NCBI GenBank assembly: GCA_918797485.1
Contig: CAKKNE010000002.1
Location: 2,108,001-2,172,000 of the forward strand
DNA: 64,000 nt
Reading direction: 5' to 3'
DNA from: Pelagomonas calceolata
Taxonomy: Eukaryota
Shown here: piece after piece, positions 62,646 through 64,000 of the stretch
Layout: each line of letters opens with the position of its first letter
Position numbering within the stretch: position 1 is the stretch's first letter
The notes under the pieces: generated by a model
Told to the model about the DNA's origin: nothing
Databases searched by the model: none
The model's input: only the letters and a program-made list of their open reading frames with translations
Translations under genes and position numbers: made by a program

Positions 62646-63242
62646 TTACCTATCTGGTGGCAGCGGCTCCCCCTCGACGTAGTTGCGCCAGGGGACGTCC
62701 TCGATGTCGTCGAGCTGTGGGTCCCACGCGCCGGTGTGCAGGTCCTCGAGCCCGAGCCGCTCGCGCGCCTCCTCGCTCAGCAGCTGGACGACGACGCGAT
62801 CCAGATCCACGCAGACCCAGTCGTCGCCCGCGCCGCGCTGGTGGCCCTCGGCGCGTGGCCTCGGGCCCGGTCGCCGCTTCGCCTCGACGAGCAGCGCGTC
62901 GGCCAGCGCGCGGAGGTGCCGCTGCGACCGCGCCGACGCGAGGACCATCGCGTCGCACAAGTCGACGTTGCGCGGCCGTAGGGTCGTGACGTCGACGGCG
63001 CCCTCGGCTTCGAGGAGCGTTGCGACGGTTTTGGCGTCGAGCGGCTCAGTTGTCGGAGCGCGCCGCGCTCGCGTTTTGCCGCTTTTCTCCTTCTTCGTCG
63101 CCGGCGGCTTCCAGGTCCACGCGTCGGCGGCGTCGTCTCCTCCTGTGCTGCTTTGGAGTCGAGTGCTGCCCTGCAGCGTGATTGGTCGGACTGCACGGCA
63201 GCGGAGCGCGTTGAAAGCGCTGGCATTGATGCGAGCTAGCAT
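62646..63242 (-). CDS. rsfS: Ribosome silencing factor (RsfS/Iojap/MALSU1), organellar
   Basis: MVLASARSQRHLRALAD and DDWVCVDLDRVVVQLLSEEARERLGLEDL. Confidence 0.9.
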   Translation of the reverse strand: MLARINASAFNALRCRAVRPITLQGSTRLQSSTGGDDAADAWTWKPPATKKEKSGKTRARRAPTTEPLDAKTVATLLEAEGAVDVTTLRPRNVDLCDAMVLASARSQRHLRALADALLVEAKRRPGPRPRAEGHQRGAGDDWVCVDLDRVVVQLLSEEARERLGLEDLHTGAWDPQLDDIEDVPWRNYVEGEPLPPDR

Positions 63243-63305
63243 TATCTGGCGTCAATGCTCATGAATAGGCGCGCTGTAGCCGTTTTTTGCCATGCTCTCT
63301 GCGAG

Positions 63306-63329
63306 GCTAGCGGCCTGTAAGACACTAGC
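63306..63329 (+). promoter_or_regulatory. 24-bp CTAG-bounded motif
   Basis: GCTAGCGGCCTGTAAGACACTAGC. Confidence 0.7.
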
Positions 63330-63545
63330 GCCAAATCGTGCAGCTATCCTTCTTCGGCCTACCCGTCGAAGTCTCAGTTGAGACCTCTCTGAAGCCGCAT
63401 CACACGTTTTTGCCGCAACGCCGCGGAGCGCCGCAACAGCGCCAAGAGCCGACGAGGCGGCAGCCCCAAAGAGGCAGCCCCCGCAAACAACGAGGCACAG
63501 CGGAGCGTCGACGAGGCGGCTGCCCCACGACCGGAGCAGAACCCA

Positions 63546-64000
63546 ATGGCGCTCTACGACGCGCTCCGCGTGAGCCCGACGGTGGACTTCGCCGCCGAGT
63601 TACTCCACGACCGCGGCAGTGACGAGATAGCCACGCTGCTCGAGGAATGTGGTATTGGGAGCGGCCCCGAGCTCCTCGCGAGGCTGCGGGGCCCGCCGCC
63701 CGGAGATGATGATGTAAACGCGCGCGTCGCGACGCTCAAGGAGACGTCGGGCCGCGTCCGGGACGAGATCGTCGTCCTGGAAAGAGTCAAAGACAAAATC
63801 CACCCCGGCCACGACGAGGCCGAGCAGGCCCTGGAAGGACTGGACTCGCAAATCCGGGCGCTCAAGGCGACGACCACTCGTTTGGAGGGCTACGAGACTG
63901 CATTAATACCACCTCCAGAAGGAGTGAGTGGAGGTGGCGCGAACGCCGCGAAAACACTGCGAAGTACATTAAATCAAGGCCCCCTCCACGACCCGACGCC
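63546..64000 (+). CDS. Hypothetical protein, 5' part only (runs off the window)
   Basis: ATG 63546 (MALYDALRVSPTVDF...), open to the window end. Confidence 0.6.
   Translation, partial: MALYDALRVSPTVDFAAELLHDRGSDEIATLLEECGIGSGPELLARLRGPPPGDDDVNARVATLKETSGRVRDEIVVLERVKDKIHPGHDEAEQALEGLDSQIRALKATTTRLEGYETALIPPPEGVSGGGANAAKTLRSTLNQGPLHDPT

Noticed and set aside
9738..63329. The 24-bp repeat as a CRISPR repeat or REP
   Set aside because: Copies are dispersed kilobases apart in both orientations, with no spacer array and no cas genes.
1..64000. Bacterial origin, suggested by high GC, gene density, sigma-70, purE, thiG, fmt and rsfS
   Set aside because: Spliceosomal introns, Arp2, a cyclin, LSG1, an RBR ligase, LHC and targeting presequences indicate a eukaryotic nuclear genome; there is no operon structure.
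1..64000. Autonomous transposase, tRNA or rRNA genes
   Set aside because: I recognised no DDE or reverse-transcriptase motifs and no RNA-gene signatures by eye; a covariance-model and HMM scan is needed to exclude them.

Overview
This is a gene-dense, very GC-rich eukaryotic nuclear segment, most likely from a pelagophyte stramenopile alga (Pelagomonas/Aureococcus-like). That assignment is inferred from a fucoxanthin-type light-harvesting protein, several proteins with bipartite plastid-targeting presequences, Arp2, a cyclin, and the intron structure. About 36 protein genes are packed with tiny convergent spacers. Three layers are not explained by the ORF track. (1) At least six introns, plus one decayed relative, are copies of one introner family: short non-autonomous DNA transposons with CTGTGTGGAAATCAA...TTGATTTCCACACAG terminal inverted repeats (TIRs) and 8-bp target-site duplications (TSDs). 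The TSD supplies the GT/GC donor and the TIR supplies the AG acceptor, so they can splice out in either orientation. (2) A 24-bp CTAG-bounded motif (GCTAGCGGCMTGTAAGACACTAGC) recurs 12 times, plus about 5 variants, always in non-coding DNA 5' of a gene; it is a candidate core promoter or chromatin element. (3) Gene interiors contain CpG-poor, A/T-ending-codon patches while gene ends are almost purely GC3. Also notable: a nuclear, plastid-type thiG; an Hsp70 with only the ATPase domain; a glycosyltransferase cluster; and a decayed low-GC pseudogene with an internal duplication. All calls come from reading the sequence by eye; no database searches were run.
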